From positions 5,640,302 to 5,704,301 of the forward strand of contig MU058065.1 of the NCBI GenBank assembly GCA_013265495.1: 64,000 bases of DNA, written 5' to 3'. Under the pieces are notes generated by a model that searched no databases, was not told the DNA's origin, and was given only the letters and a program-made list of their open reading frames with translations. This document shows positions 40,630 to 53,398 of this stretch, piece by piece; the first letter of the stretch is position 1; every line of letters begins with the position of its first letter. This stretch comes from Vicugna vicugna (taxonomy: Eukaryota). The translations under genes and the position numbers were made by a program.

Positions 40630-41680
40630 TTTGTTTACTTGTCTCTCTCACTAGAACAGAAATTCCATGACAGCAGGAACCATGTCTATTTCATTCTTCT
40701 ATGTATCCTCAGTGCCAGCACAGAGTCCGGGACACAGCAGGTGATCAAAAAATATGTTGATCTGTTAACTAATTCCTTCGACAAATATTTAATGAGTATT
40801 TACTCTGCGCTAGGCACCGTTCTGGATGCTGGGGAGACAGCAGCAGACAAAAGTGCCAAAAATCCATATTCTTGGAGCATGTGTTTTCATGGGGGACTAA
40901 CAATAATAATAAATGAGTATTATTACAAATCACTAAGTTGCATAATATGCTATAAGGTGTTATATATGCTATAGAAAAAATAGAGAAGAGGAGGGGAGCA
41001 GGGATGGTTGATGAATGAACCAGGTTAGGGTTGAGATTTTAAATTGGGTGATCAGATGGGCCTTTTGGAAAAGGTGACATTTGAACAAAGACTTGGGATT
41101 TGAGGGAGTTTGCCATGTGGATGGATATCTTTGGAAAGAGCTTTCCAGCCAGTGTGAAGTCCCTAGGGCAGCACCATTCAGTAGAACCGTCTGTGATGGC
41201 AGAAATGTTTTATGTGTGCCCTGTCTAATATGATAGTCACTAGCCTCAGGTGGCAGGTAGGTGCAGAACTGGGCAATGCAGTCCTCAGTGTGAATTGAGG
41301 GCAGGCACGATGGAGAGAGTCGGGGAAGGTAGGAGCAAATGAGCTCAGAAAGGTAAGGTCAGGTCAGGTGGGAGGACCTTGCTGGTCATCACAAGGACTC
41401 CAGCTTTTATTCCAAGTGAGATGGGAGTCATTAGAGGGTTCTAAGAAGAAGAGTGATATGATATGATTTATGCTTCAAAGGATTCCTCTGGCTGCTGTGT
41501 TGAGAATAAACTGTAGGGGCTGAGAGTAGACACAGGGAGACAAGTCAAGAGGCTGGTGGGGGAGGGCAGGTCAAAGACAATGGCGCATCAGAGCAGGATA
41601 GTGACAGTTAAGGAAGTGCTAAGTGTCAGGTTCTAGATATATTTTGAAGATTGAGCCCAAAGGATTTCCTGACAGGTGCT
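40630..41680. mobile_element. L2 fragments with an embedded MER3-like DNA element (about 41168-41255)
   Basis: L2 3' ends (ttcgacaaatatttaatgagt...), L2 internal motifs (aaggattcctctggctgctgtgttgagaata); MER3-like gtagaaccgtctgtgatggcagaaatgtt. Confidence 0.65.
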
Positions 41681-43699
41681 GATTAAAACATACATTAAGC
41701 TCCCAATCTATGCCAGGCACTAGCTATGAACTTCTTTTAAGCCAGATTTGCCAAAGAAATGTCACCAAGGTTTTGACTGGTTCCAGCTTTTCCCAAGACA
41801 GATTGCATTATGGGGCTGTTTCTCACTTTCAGTCTCCCACAGTTTGGTCTTCAAACATTGCCTTTTCAGATCAGAGCCAATAGAACTTGCTGGCACCAGG
41901 AAATTTGTTGTTAGCATTCACCCAGCATCACTCTGTTGTATGCACATTAAGAAAATAGATGATCCAGGTGCTACATAAATCCTTCATTCCCCTGTTTTAT
42001 TCCCCTGTCCATCACCTCCTCGTCTATTCTTAATATTCAGGTTTTGCATTCAAGGCCAGGTCAGCTCCCTGGAGGACTTCCATCTTCCTCTTCTCACATC
42101 AGCCACAGCTGTCCAGTCCTCCTCCTGGGACTCGCACAGCCTGAGGATGGGAAATTGAGTCATCCGTCTTCTGTAACCATATGGATAAGATGTAATCATT
42201 ACCGTTGTCGGCATTGTTGTGCTTTGGAAGCTAATTAAGACAATTAGTATTAAATACCAAAAACAATTAAGCTAATTGAAATAAAGCATATGCAGTTTAC
42301 ACCCTTGCGTAGACAAAAAAAAAAAAATTAACATGTGGCTTGATGGTGGCACTACAGACATTCTGGTGCCAGAATAAATCAGGAAATATGGGAGCCAAAG
42401 ACGGAGGTGTCTTAGCGCCCCATCAGTTTACCGCCGCCAAATGTTTCTCAAAAACATTTGATTTGATTCTTGGAGGTTTCTTCTACATTGAAAAAAAGAA
42501 GTATATTACTGCCCAAATGTTTCTTTCAGGCTATAAACCAGCAGACTCATGCTGTTACACTGCCTCTGACTCAACTCCGTGGCTGGCTGCTGCATCCAAA
42601 AACACTCAGAGGAGAGAAGCAGCCTACTCAGGGGACCTCTGAAGATGACCTGTAAGGTAACCAGATGTCTAGGTGGAAAGAATTTTCCCATGGTTTTAGG
42701 TTTGACTGGCAGTTTTAGATCACATATATAAATTCCAGATAGAGAGGAGAGGGATCAAGAGCAGGAAAAAGGATGGGAAACCCTGGAGACCAAGGGAGAG
42801 TCTATAAGGAATTTGTGTTTATCTGGAATTTTTTGGCGGCATTTGCCGAAAGTCTCAACTAGAATTTGCCTAGCCAAAAATGGAATTTAGCTAAGAAGGA
42901 TGAGCTGCAAGGAACAGAGCCTCAGGGGCTCCCAGGGACTCGGCTCAAATGGTACTCTGTCCATCTGTCTGTCATCTCCACCTGGCTCTGTGTTGGCCAC
43001 ACCCTGGCTGCAGAGAGGCCCTTTCTGTGCGCCAGGGGGCATGGATGCTGCCAATGCCAATGTAGCAATCCCAGGGGATGAAGAGAACTTATACCAGATG
43101 TCCATGTGTCTCCTTGTCTGTGGGTGCCCATCCTTTGGGCCAGTCACCGTGACCAAAATATGGGATAGGATGGTTGATCAGATCATCCACTCACCCACCA
43201 GCCCATCACCAACCACTCCCATCTCACTTATGGCCAAATGGAGAAGCATGGGAAGGAAAAGTTTGCTGAAAGAGAAAAACCAGTAGCTACATGGGCCCTA
43301 GATTGGGGTGCTAAAGAATCCAGATCTGATGGAGAGAGAGTAGATATTGCTTAGGGAAAAGTACAATAACATCTGAGTCTTCATAAGGCTCCATTTTTTT
43401 TTTGCAGTTCCACCATCTTGCCATTTCTGTGCTGAATATTCAAAAACAAGATTATCAACAGTAACGATGTCATTTCTCCAGACCCGGACTCACCGACAGT
43501 CCACAACTGCCTTGTATAAAATGAGGTTAGCAATGAACTAGCTTTGAAATAGCTTTCAGAAGATCCCAGCTTCCTCTTCTTCTCATAACTGATCTGAATC
43601 ATTATTCATTTTTCATAGATATTTGTTATTTCCTGTGGGAGGTGGTCAGCCAGTATCTAAACCTGCATTCTATGTTTGGGAAATTCCTTACTGTATAAG

Positions 43700-45573
43700 C
43701 AGCAGTGTCCTTGTAAAAGTTTAGCAACCTGCTATGAAGGGAGGGGAGATCTAACTTGCAGCGTTTGCCCATTTCTATGCTGTAGCTCCTCCTACTGTGG
43801 CTGATTTCAAGCTGGCACTGTGATGTCACTGAATGCAAAATTGGGCAGAGAGGCACCATAGCCAACCATCATAGAGTATTTCCACCATCCAGAAACAAAA
43901 GGCATAAATAATTTCAGGAGCACCGATAAGAATACAAGTAAAAAAATAATTAGGAAGTGACAAATTTTGAGTATTTAATACCTTTGTTTTTAATATAATA
44001 TATTCAATTGAGTTCATATACTTTACTTTTTCTAATAAGTTTTTTATGCTGAGATCAGTATCACAACGAGGTTATTGACCTTGACACAGCCAAGATACAG
44101 AACACTGCCATCACCACGAGGACACTTCATGCTACCTTTTTATAACTGTTCGCTTCATTCCTACCCACATCCCCTCCTTAACCCTTGGAAACCACTAACC
44201 TGTTTCTATTTCCATAATTTTGTCACTTTAAGAATATTATATAAATGCAATCTTACAGTGTATGACATTTGGGGACTGGCTTTTTTCACTCAACATTATG
44301 CTCTGGAGATACACACAGGTTATATGTGTATCAAAAATTCATTCCTTTTCATTGCTGACTAGTATTCCAGTTTGTCTAAACTATCCACCCATTGATTGGT
44401 ATCTGGGTTGTTTCCAGTTTGAGGCTATTATGAATAAAACTGCTGTAAACATTTTTGTACAAGTTTTTGTATGAACATAAATCTTCATTTCTCTGGGATA
44501 AATGCCCAGTAGTATGACTGCTAGGTCATGTAATTCTTGCATGTCTACATTTTTTAGAAACTGCCAAGCTGTTTTCCAGAGTGGCTACCCCATTTCACCT
44601 TCCCACGAGTAATGTATGAGTGATGAGTTTCTCCATATCTTCGTTAGCCTTTGGTGTTTTCTCTATTTTTTTATTCTAACCATTCTGATAGGTGTGTAGT
44701 GATATCTTGCAGGTTTAATTTGCATTTCCCTAGAGGCCAATAACGCTGAACATCTTTTCATGTGCTTATTTGTCATCTGTATATCTTCTTCAGTAAGGTG
44801 TTTCTTCATATGTTTTGCCTATTTTTCAAAATGGATTGTTGGGGTTTTGCTGTTGAGTTTTGAGAATTCTTTATATATTCTAGATACTACTCCTTTGTCA
44901 GATATGTGGTTTGCAAATATTTTCTCCTACTCTTTAACTTATCTTTTCATCCTCTTGGAGTCAATTGCAGAGCAAAATTTTAAAATTTTGATAAAGTCCA
45001 ATTTATCAATTTTTCCTATTATTGATCATGCTTTTGTTCCCAAGTCTAGGAATTCTGCCTCGCCTTAGATCTCAAAGATTTTCTCCCATTTTTTTTCTGA
45101 AATTTTTATAGTTTTAAATCTTACAATTAAGTCTGAAGTCTATTTTGAGTTAATTTTTATATAAGGTATAAGTCTTAGGTCAGGATTCATCTTTTTGCCT
45201 CTGGATGTCCAATTGCTCCATCCCCATTGGCTGAAAGGCTATCTTGCCTCCATTGGATTACTTCTGTACTCTTTGTCAAAAATCAATTGGGCATATTTGT
45301 GTGGGTTTATATCTGAGGTCTCTATTCTGTTCCATTAATCATCAATGTGTTCTTCCTTGGGTCCCAAGGTACCTCCTGGTCTCTCCTTTCAGAGTTTTCT
45401 TGTGTTTGTTTTATATATAGTGTCCAGGGATTTAGTTGTACTTTGCAGAAGGAGGAGGGGAAAGTGTACCTACCGTAATTTACTTTTAAATAAAAGTGGT
45501 GTTCAACAACCAGCTCACAAGTCCCTAATGCTCTAACAATCAACCCTTGTAAGCTGGCTCCAACACACCACTG
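43700..45573 (+). mobile_element. hAT-Tip100-like DNA transposon (ends about 43700-44030 and 45480-45573) split by an L1 insertion
   Basis: Imperfect TIRs CAGCAGTGT / ACACCACTG; gctgatttcaagct motif. Confidence 0.5.
44040..45345 (-). mobile_element. L1 (L1MB/MC-like) fragment, antisense
   Basis: ttaatttgcatttccct...gaacatcttttcatgtgcttatttgtcatctgtatatcttctt...gatatgtggtttgcaaatattttctcc. Confidence 0.88.
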
Positions 45574-45599
45574 CTGTGAGTCTCGGAGGGAATCAGAGC

Positions 45600-46032
45600 C
45601 CATCTCCCACCACAGAAGCTAAAAATGCCACATTCTCTCATTCCTAGCCTCTCCTGCAGCTTGGGCATGGGCACATGATGTAAGCTTGGCCAATGAGACA
45701 CATCCACCTGAGACCTTAGGTCAGGAGCTAGTCATGCAGAGAAGCAAGATAGTGGAGCATCGTTCTAGTGGCCATTCCAGAGGCATCCATGTCAGCAATA
45801 CCAAGGATGGCATCCACAACCAGGGGCTCAAACTGTGGCATCTCATGCTCAGCGGTGGCAGCAGTGTTCTCACCAAACTTTTTCTATTGAAGGTGGTTCT
45901 GGCCAATCCCGCTACTGAGTTGAATTCTCCTACCTTCCCAGTGGTTCAGTGAGTGGCTTTCAATAGCTCTGTTTCTGCTTAAATTAGCGAAATGTGGCTT
46001 CTGTTGGGTACAAATAAGCCTTCTGACTGATG
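45600..46032 (+). mobile_element. Old MaLR/ERVL LTR fragment
   Basis: cctagcctctcctgcagcttgggcatgggcacatga...ttggccaatgag; 3' tttctgcttaaattagc...ctgactgatgca. Confidence 0.5.
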
Positions 46033-47057
46033 CACATTCCGCTGGCTCTCAGCTGTTTTCCCTCTGGGAAACAAAAACCTCAGCCTCTACCACAAACTCT
46101 TACTCAGGGGAGATGATTTGGGGAGCAACTTACAGCAAACAGCAGTGAAACTCAACCTAGAAGGGGCTGCTGAGAGGGACTGGTAGGATCCAAAGTCACC
46201 AAAATGTAACCCACTATTTTAGCTGCCAAATACCCTTCTCAGATATTCTGATCACCCTCATAGTGAGCATAGATTTAACTGTAGTCTCTCCCTGTGAGCG
46301 AGCAACTGGGCATTGGGTGGAATACACTAACTAGCCTGACCTAGGGAACAAGACAATCCGATGACACTAAAATCTTATTCTCCCGACTATACTTCAATAA
46401 AAATACATAAAAACACAATTAAAAAATCTTTTTTCTCTCTTTTCCACTTCCCACTCACCCTCCTCCCTCCTGCACCCCCGAAGACCTGCTCACTGGTTAG
46501 AGGGAAGTTTTTACGTCCCCAAGGGTGGCTTTTGTGCACGGAAAAGACCACTCATAGCGTTATTTGGGTCTTGAAAATTAGAATTTGATTTACTAAATGT
46601 GTAGATTTAGAAATGTATGGCTCTTCCTTCAGCTTTTAAAATCAGCTTAGGAATCTTATTATCCTATTTATTAAAGTCTAGCAAATATTAACAGTCACTT
46701 TGAGAGGGCTTATGATTAATGTTAGCCCATTTACACACTTAGTTAATTAAATCTCTTCAACACTTTAAGCAGCATTTATAAATTTAATATCTTCAATTCC
46801 TTTTTAAGCACTTCATCTGACTGAGAAAGCTTCCCAATACTAAAATGATTCTTATAAATTTAATAAATTAAGCATACAAAAAAGCCAAGCTTAAATTCTC
46901 TTAAATTTCCAATCTTTATGTAAACTTAGAAAGATTTCAACTTAAAATAAAAAAACCTCAATCAATTATTCAAATAAAAACATAAAAGATGAATGTTAGT
47001 GGCCCATTATTCTAATAACCAAATTCTCTTTAAAGTTGCATGAATATAAAGTATCTT

Positions 47058-47846
47058 TGCTATAGACTGAATGTTTGCGTCCTCCCCAAAATTTATATTT
47101 TGACATCCTAGCCCCCAAAGTGATGATATTAGAAGGTAGGGCTTTTGGGAGGTGATTAGGTCATGAGGATGGAGACGCCACGAAAGAAATTAGTGCCCTC
47201 ATAAAAGAGACCCCAGAGATCTCCCTTGTCCCTTCTGCCCTGTGAAAACACAGCAAGAAGACAGATGGCCAATTTGCAATAACATGGATGGACCCGGCGG
47301 TATTATGCTTAGTGAAATAAATCAGACAGAGAAAGACAAATATTGTAAGTTTTCACTTACATGCAGAATTTTAAAAATAAAACAAATGAATGCATATAAC
47401 AGTGCAGAAACAGACTCACAGATACAGAGGACAAACTAGTGGTTACCAGGGGCAGAGGGGTGGGGGAGAGGCAAGATAGGGGCTAGCAGATTAAGAGGTA
47501 CAAACTACTAGGTATAAAATAAATAAGACACAAGTATGTAATGTACAGCACAAGGAATACAGCCAATAGATTATAATAACTTTAAATGGAATATAATCTA
47601 TAAAAATATCAAATCACCATGTTGCATACCTGAAACCAATATAATATTGTAAATCAACTATACTTCAATGTTAAAAAAAAAAAAGAAGACTGCCATCTAT
47701 GAACAAGAAATATCACCAGATACCAAATCTGCAGCACCTGGATCTTGGACTTCTCAGCCTCCAGAAATGTGAGAATTAATTTTCTGTTGTTTATAAGCTA
47801 CCCAGCCTATGGCATTTTGTTATAGCAGCCTGAATGGGTTAAGATA
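47058..47846 (+). mobile_element. MaLR LTR (MLT1A/MST-like) interrupted by an L1 3' end
   Basis: tgctatagactgaatgtttg...tgggaggtgattaggtcatgagg; 3' ttggacttctcagcctccagaa...tgtttataagctacccag...ttgttatagcagcc. Confidence 0.82.
47271..47684 (+). mobile_element. L1 3' end with poly(A), inserted in the MaLR LTR
   Basis: aacatggatggac...tattatgcttagtgaaataaatcagacagagaaagacaaat...aatcaactatacttcaatgttaaaaaaaaaaaa; AAGAAGAC repeated on both sides. Confidence 0.85.
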
Positions 47847-50800
47847 ATAACATATGCACAAATTCTTTGAACTTGAAAATATTAAAACTATAGTTTTGAT
47901 TCCCTTAAACACCTGTGTGCTGAATTTAAAATTTTCTCTGGGCTATTCAAATGTCTATATGTAAGGGAGATAACTTCCTTTTCTCTAACTAACGTTGTTA
48001 ATCAGTGAGAGTTGGGGTGGGATGCTGACTGCATCCTCATTGGTTACTCTATGGACCAGTCAAGCCCTATCTGCAACTTAACTTAAAGACAGAGGTGGCC
48101 GAGATCACAGATCCCTCCCTTAGGTACAAGTGGTTGACTTGGGGTTTCCAAACCAGAGTCCAATCCATAACTCCCATCCAAGGCCCACACTTGATTTTGC
48201 ATTTATTTGACTCAAAGTAACTATATATTCTTCCATTTAACTCTAAATAATCCTGCATTCTTTTAATATACTTCTTATCCCTTGGGACTGTGCAATTTTT
48301 ATGGATATTAAACTTTAATTGAATTCTGGTTCTCTCTCAGAGCTTTGTCTGATTATTCAGTCGTGACTCCCAAAGTCATTCTCCAAGGTCAAGCGGCTCA
48401 GCCCCCACCTGCTCATGCTACATTACCTGCTATGATCCCTGAGTCCCTAGGAATGGAAAAGGAGGCTTCCCCAAGATGTATCCTCCCTTCTACCCGGCGA
48501 GGCTAAGGAAAAAGTTCTTAAGCTTCGTACATTGTCCCAGAGATATTCTGGGGGTAACCATGGCACTACAGCCTCCTACCTCCCACCCTTCTGGAGCAGG
48601 CACTGCAGGGACCAAGGTCTGCTGAAGAACATGGTTCACATAATAGACACTGGAACAAACCCCTAACCTCCTAGAAGGATGATAGGACATAACCAAGGTC
48701 ACCAGCCAGTGCCTGAGCTAAGACTAAAACCCAGGACTCCCAACTGCCAGCCCTGTGCTCTTGCCACTCAACCTCAATGCCTTCAACAATAGCAAAGTAA
48801 GCCAAGTCACGAAGAAGCTCACAGATCACAGCCCCAACCAACTAGCCCAGTCATTAGACAGAATGTGCTACGTACAGCCCTTTCGGTTGCTTGGTAAACA
48901 TCATAGAAATAGGCATGGTTCCTGCCCTTTCTAAAATAAATATGCATACCTTGTATTTGTATTTTCACACTAGGGAGAAGCAATAATAAGAAATGACTTT
49001 CAGCTACAGTGGGACTAGGGGGTAGGGCTGGGCCCTAACAAGCAGAGGCTGGAGGAGAGAAAACAAGGCATCGGGTGGCCTCTAGGGGTTCCAGCCTTGG
49101 GGGAAGCTCTTACAAAAAAGTCCTGTACACAATGGGCCCTCCAAAAGCCAGAATGAAGATGCTCCGGTTCCTCCATCATCAACATTTGGAAGAACCACTG
49201 ATGGTGCAGGAACAGGACAGCTAAGATGGAACTCAAAACTTCCTGGTGCCTTGAGCCCCAAGCCATCTCCTAGGTTCCCGTCCATCCTCATATTGTCTCC
49301 TGGGGCCCCTGATGACACTTTCTCTTTCCCACATGCCACTGTCTCCTCATCAGCCTGGTATGCAAAATCACCAACATCTTTCCCACCAGCTGGCTCCAAA
49401 AGAAACCCACGATGCCTCTTTGGGTATTATGACTATTAGACATGGAGAAAGTGACAGCTGTAATCGAAACTAACAAACGTGAAAACAGAAACATTCTTAG
49501 AATTCTTTGAAAGTTCTGCTGCTGTCACCCTTGGCTGTCACTGGATCCTCAGTGGGGCAGTGTCCTCGACCTCTTGACTGGGTCTCTGCCTATCTTATGG
49601 CCCAGAAGGGAAGACAGGCAAATACAAGCCATGGGGGTGCAGCGGAAGAGGTGCTTGGCAGGCGCCCCTCCCCTTCCCTGTCATTCCAGCAGCATCCAGC
49701 CTCCCTCCATCTCCAGCTGTGCCCCACCTCCTCTCTGTCCCTCCCCTCCTAGAGCCCTGGCAGCCCTGTCCCAGGAGCTCCTTGCTTCTCCTCCAGGCTC
49801 CCCAGGTCCAAGTGGGACTCACCCACCACCCAGAAAACATCCCAACATCTGTCTGCTTAGTCAGCACTTGATAAAGGATTGTTCAATAAAAAGAAACATT
49901 TCCAACTAAATTACAAATAACCTCAGCAGAGGTCTTAAATTTTAAATCCTCCTTCTAGAACATACACCCTACAAATATTAAAGTTTCCTCTTCGCACAAG
50001 TGGTGAATCACACAACTGATCAAGTTCTCTCTCAGATAATTATACCATCTATCTATCTGGAACCCAAACTCCTCACCCTGGGTTTCCTATTTGCCACATT
50101 GGATTGCATCCCCTGTTCAATGCTTGCCCAGAACCTGTTTGTTATTTTCAGCAATGGCTTAAGCACCAGCTACATGGGCAGTGTTCTGGCGCAAGTGCCC
50201 TTGAGTTCTGTTTTGTCTTTCCACTGCTGCTCAGAATTCCCTTTGAGAACTCCAAGTGTCAACAGACACGATCATTATTTGAGTCACCTGATACGATACA
50301 AGAAAAGATGTCACAGCGGCTGCCAAACGGGACACATTATTGCCAGGTTCTGTGCCCTAAAGGAGGGGCACAGGGCAATCCAAGCAGATGGTCTGTGAGC
50401 TCTGACAGCCAGAAGCTTTCACGAGGGCAGGAGACTCACAAGTGAGCTGAATCTTCAGCACGGAGCAAGGAAATGCCAACCACCCTCTTTGCTCAAAGTC
50501 AAAGAATGAATTAGCACTTCTCTGGGCCTGAAGTGGGCTTGAACTTGTGCAAGGATACTGAAAGCGTGGGGCAGCCTCCCAGGATGCGGCCATAACCCTG
50601 CTGGGAAAGCCACAAGGCGGGGACTAAGATGGCAACGGGCCTGCTGTCCTCCCTATCAGAAGGGTCCTGCACCACCTTGGATGTGCCCACTTGCCAAACA
50701 GCTTCCTCTGTAAAGCAGACGGCAGCTTGGCCTGTCACTCAAAAGTACCATGGCTTCTACACGCCCCCTCTTAGTTCCCCAGAACTGTGCCACCCAGCCG

Positions 50801-51099
50801 GATGGGGCTCCTCTCCACTGGCTCTCCCTCTACACTTGGAAGAAGGTGGCCTCAGTCTAGCTGCAGCCCCTCCGGAGGATAGAGTTGGAGGGTCAGTGAA
50901 GAGAAAGCCAGAGAAAACACGGGGCTACCAAGGCTTCAGGACAAACTCTGAACGTCCCCAAATGTAACCATCTCTGCCTTGATCTCTGAAAGGTCAGGCC
51001 AATTGTCGTCCTGTGGGTTTGTTACTGTTCCATCACCCCTTGCCTTTCCCTGGCCCCCACTGTCACCCTGTCCTCTGCCATCCCCCAAGAGACCCATGC

Positions 51100-52110
51100 C
51101 TGGTAAACGTTTGGGCCGCTGCAACCCCTAAGCACTTCAGAGCCTCCACGGGCCCCCACCCTAGAATCGCCCCGCCCAGGCCCAGCTCCGCGTGCGTGTT
51201 GGCCAGCTCTGGTCTTGTACTTCACCAAGCTGCACCTTCCGTCCCTTGAGGGGGCGACGGGAGAGGGGCATAAAGGCGGTGGTTTTGTGGTCTCTAAGGT
51301 TCGAGGCTCTTGAGCCTTATTCATATCCTTTTCCATTGAGGGGCATGTTCACAGTCAGAAATGATGTCCAGTTCAAACTTTCACTGAAATTTGTTCACTT
51401 ACTGTTCTAACTGAAGCCTCAGGGCCTAGTTACTCCGGCGACCACCCTGACCCACCAGCCCAGACCAACACTCATTCCTTATTTCAAAAGGCCCCGCCCT
51501 CTTGCTGCTCGTTGCCCTACTGAGCAACGCCCACGCTTATCAGCTATTTGCCAACCAGAGATGATTGACACAATCTGTGTCCAATGAAGAGCCGAGTCTT
51601 TAGGTAGCTTCTTTCTCTCAGGGGCTCCGGAAGAAGCGGGTTCCTTTCGGGGAAGTGGGTGGTGGGTCTCAGCATCCTTCAGACCCCCGAGGGAAGCCCG
51701 CCCACACCGAGGCCCTGACAGCAGGCAAGGCAACCTGATCCAGAGCTCAGGAAAGGAAGAGTCCCGCGCGCGAAGCTTCCCAGCCAGGCCCACCTGTATG
51801 TGTGGCCCCCGCCTTCTTCGCGTTTGCTCTGCTCTACACGTCTCAGTTCTAGTTCTTTTGTGTTTGACCTTCACTTTGCACTTTGGCAAAGTTCCTCTGA
51901 AATGCCACCTGGCCTTGGTCAATCTAAGGGAAAGGAATCTTGTCTTCACAGAGGCCAAGGGAATCAGTTTGGAGCCAGAGGCAGCGGGAGGCCACCGTGG
52001 TGCCAGAGACCAAAGTGGCCGACCGGGCTGAAATACTTCAGCCTGAATGACAATCCGGGACAGCTGGAGGGGCGCATCTCTTCCTTTCGAACAAAACAGC
52101 CTCACAGCGG
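51100..52110. promoter_or_regulatory. CpG-enriched, apparently repeat-free element (weak CpG-island-like)
   Basis: About 40 CpGs in 1 kb by manual count, visibly more than in most flanking intergenic DNA; GC boxes (CCCCGCCC) and ETS-like CCGGAAG/GGAAGT motifs. Confidence 0.45.
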
Positions 52111-52366
52111 TGTGTCCCTTCTCTCTTGATCAGCTTCAGGGCTCTACCTGTTGGCCTGAACACCTGTGGGGAAACTGGGGGAAAGGATAAGGAAGAAGCA
52201 GGGCCAGCTCCAGAGGAAATGGCTAACCTGGGGTGGAGGCATTCCCGGCTGTAGATGCTCAGAGCTGCCCAGGGCTGTGGAAGTCCATGGAACCTCTCTG
52301 CCTCACCCCCTTATCTCCCCAGGTGGAACTAAATGTGTTTGAATGGGATCTTTGACCACAGTGGGT

Positions 52367-52380
52367 CCACCAGGTGGCAG
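52367..52380 (+). promoter_or_regulatory. CTCF core motif CCACCAGGTGGCAG
   Basis: Near-perfect match to CTCF consensus CCASYAGRKGGCRS. Confidence 0.7.
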
Positions 52381-52409
52381 TGCTACCCATGCCCAGTCCG
52401 GTCAGAGCC

Positions 52410-52441
52410 TGCAGTGTGAGAGAGCAGCCACCAGAGGGCAA
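52410..52441 (+). promoter_or_regulatory. CTCF core motif CCACCAGAGGGCAA (52428-52441) with upstream TGCAG module
   Basis: Core match plus TGCAGTGTG about 6 bp before the extended core, the spacing typical of the ZF9-11 upstream motif. Confidence 0.7.
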
Positions 52442-53094
52442 CACAGGGACAACCGTTCAACCACGCTGCTGGTTGCCTAGCAGCTGTGACGCAATGGGCT
52501 CCCAGTTTGCACCCTCCTGGAGGCCTCCCAGGTTATTTCTGGCATGACAGACTGTTGCACAAGGAGTGGCCTCAGAACTGCCTCTCTTTTAAGCCTGGAG
52601 ACTAAAACGGTCCAGGACCCCAAATCCAGCACCACCCTGGCGTCTAGGGGATTGGGCAGCTCCTGTCCCTGCTCCTAGGAATGCCAAGGATCAGGGAAAG
52701 AAAATAAACATTTTCCATTCCCCTCTGTGGCCCCACAGTCAGTGGCACGCTCCGATTTCCCTAGTAGCTAAAGCAGAGCAACCCCCCTCCCCCGCCCTCT
52801 CCTTCTAAGCAGGGGCTGGATTAACAGTGTATGACCTTGAGCCAGACCTTGAGCCTCCAGCTCCTCAACTGTACTTCAGAGGGATCGAGAGAGTGATGAT
52901 AAGGCTCAGCTCTGACCTTCTGTGGTCTTGATTCTGTCCCTTTTCCCCTAAGAAGTCTGTCCTTGCCTCGAAACTCTCCCTGATTTTGATGACCCTGAAA
53001 ATAGAATTTTTCCAGTTACAGATGGATAAGTATGACCTGAGAAACCAGAGGTGGAACCAAGAAAGTGAGGCAGACACAAGACACGGAGTGTGGT

Positions 53095-53100
53095 TATAAT
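53095..53100 (-). terminator. Candidate SLC4A3 polyadenylation signal (variant ATTATA)
   Basis: About 220 nt after the stop, followed by GU-rich GTGTCTTGTGTCTG. No AATAAA seen on the minus strand in the ~450 nt after the stop. Confidence 0.5.
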
Positions 53101-53320
53101 GAGCTCAAAGCCTGTGCCTGTCTGGTCTGTGAAAGGGCCTGGGTGAGACGAGGTCAGCGCCTCAGGCAGAGTCAGGGGGCCACTCTGGCCGCGGCATCAG
53201 TAGTGGTTCCAGGCACGTCTCTGGGTCATGAGGCGCCCACTGGCCCTGGGACTAGGCTCTGACTGGCGCCGGGGTGTCGATCACTAAGGTGTCGGGGTCT
53301 CAGGGGCACCGCGGAGAGGT

Positions 53321-53398
53321 TCACACGGGCATGTGCAGCTCATTGTACTCATCCTGGCCATCCTCGTCAAAGTTTGGTTCAGCATCTTCAGAGTCCAG
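53321..53398 (-). CDS. SLC4A3: SLC4A3 exon 23 coding part ([25 protein letters not shown])
   Basis: 78 nt ending in TGA at 53323-53321; typical acidic AE C-terminus. Confidence 0.96.
   Translation of the reverse strand: MDSEDAEPNFDEDGQDEYNELHMPV

Noticed and set aside
51479..52105. 208-aa minus-strand ORF in the CpG-rich element
   Set aside because: Expected by chance in GC-rich DNA; no recognisable homology.
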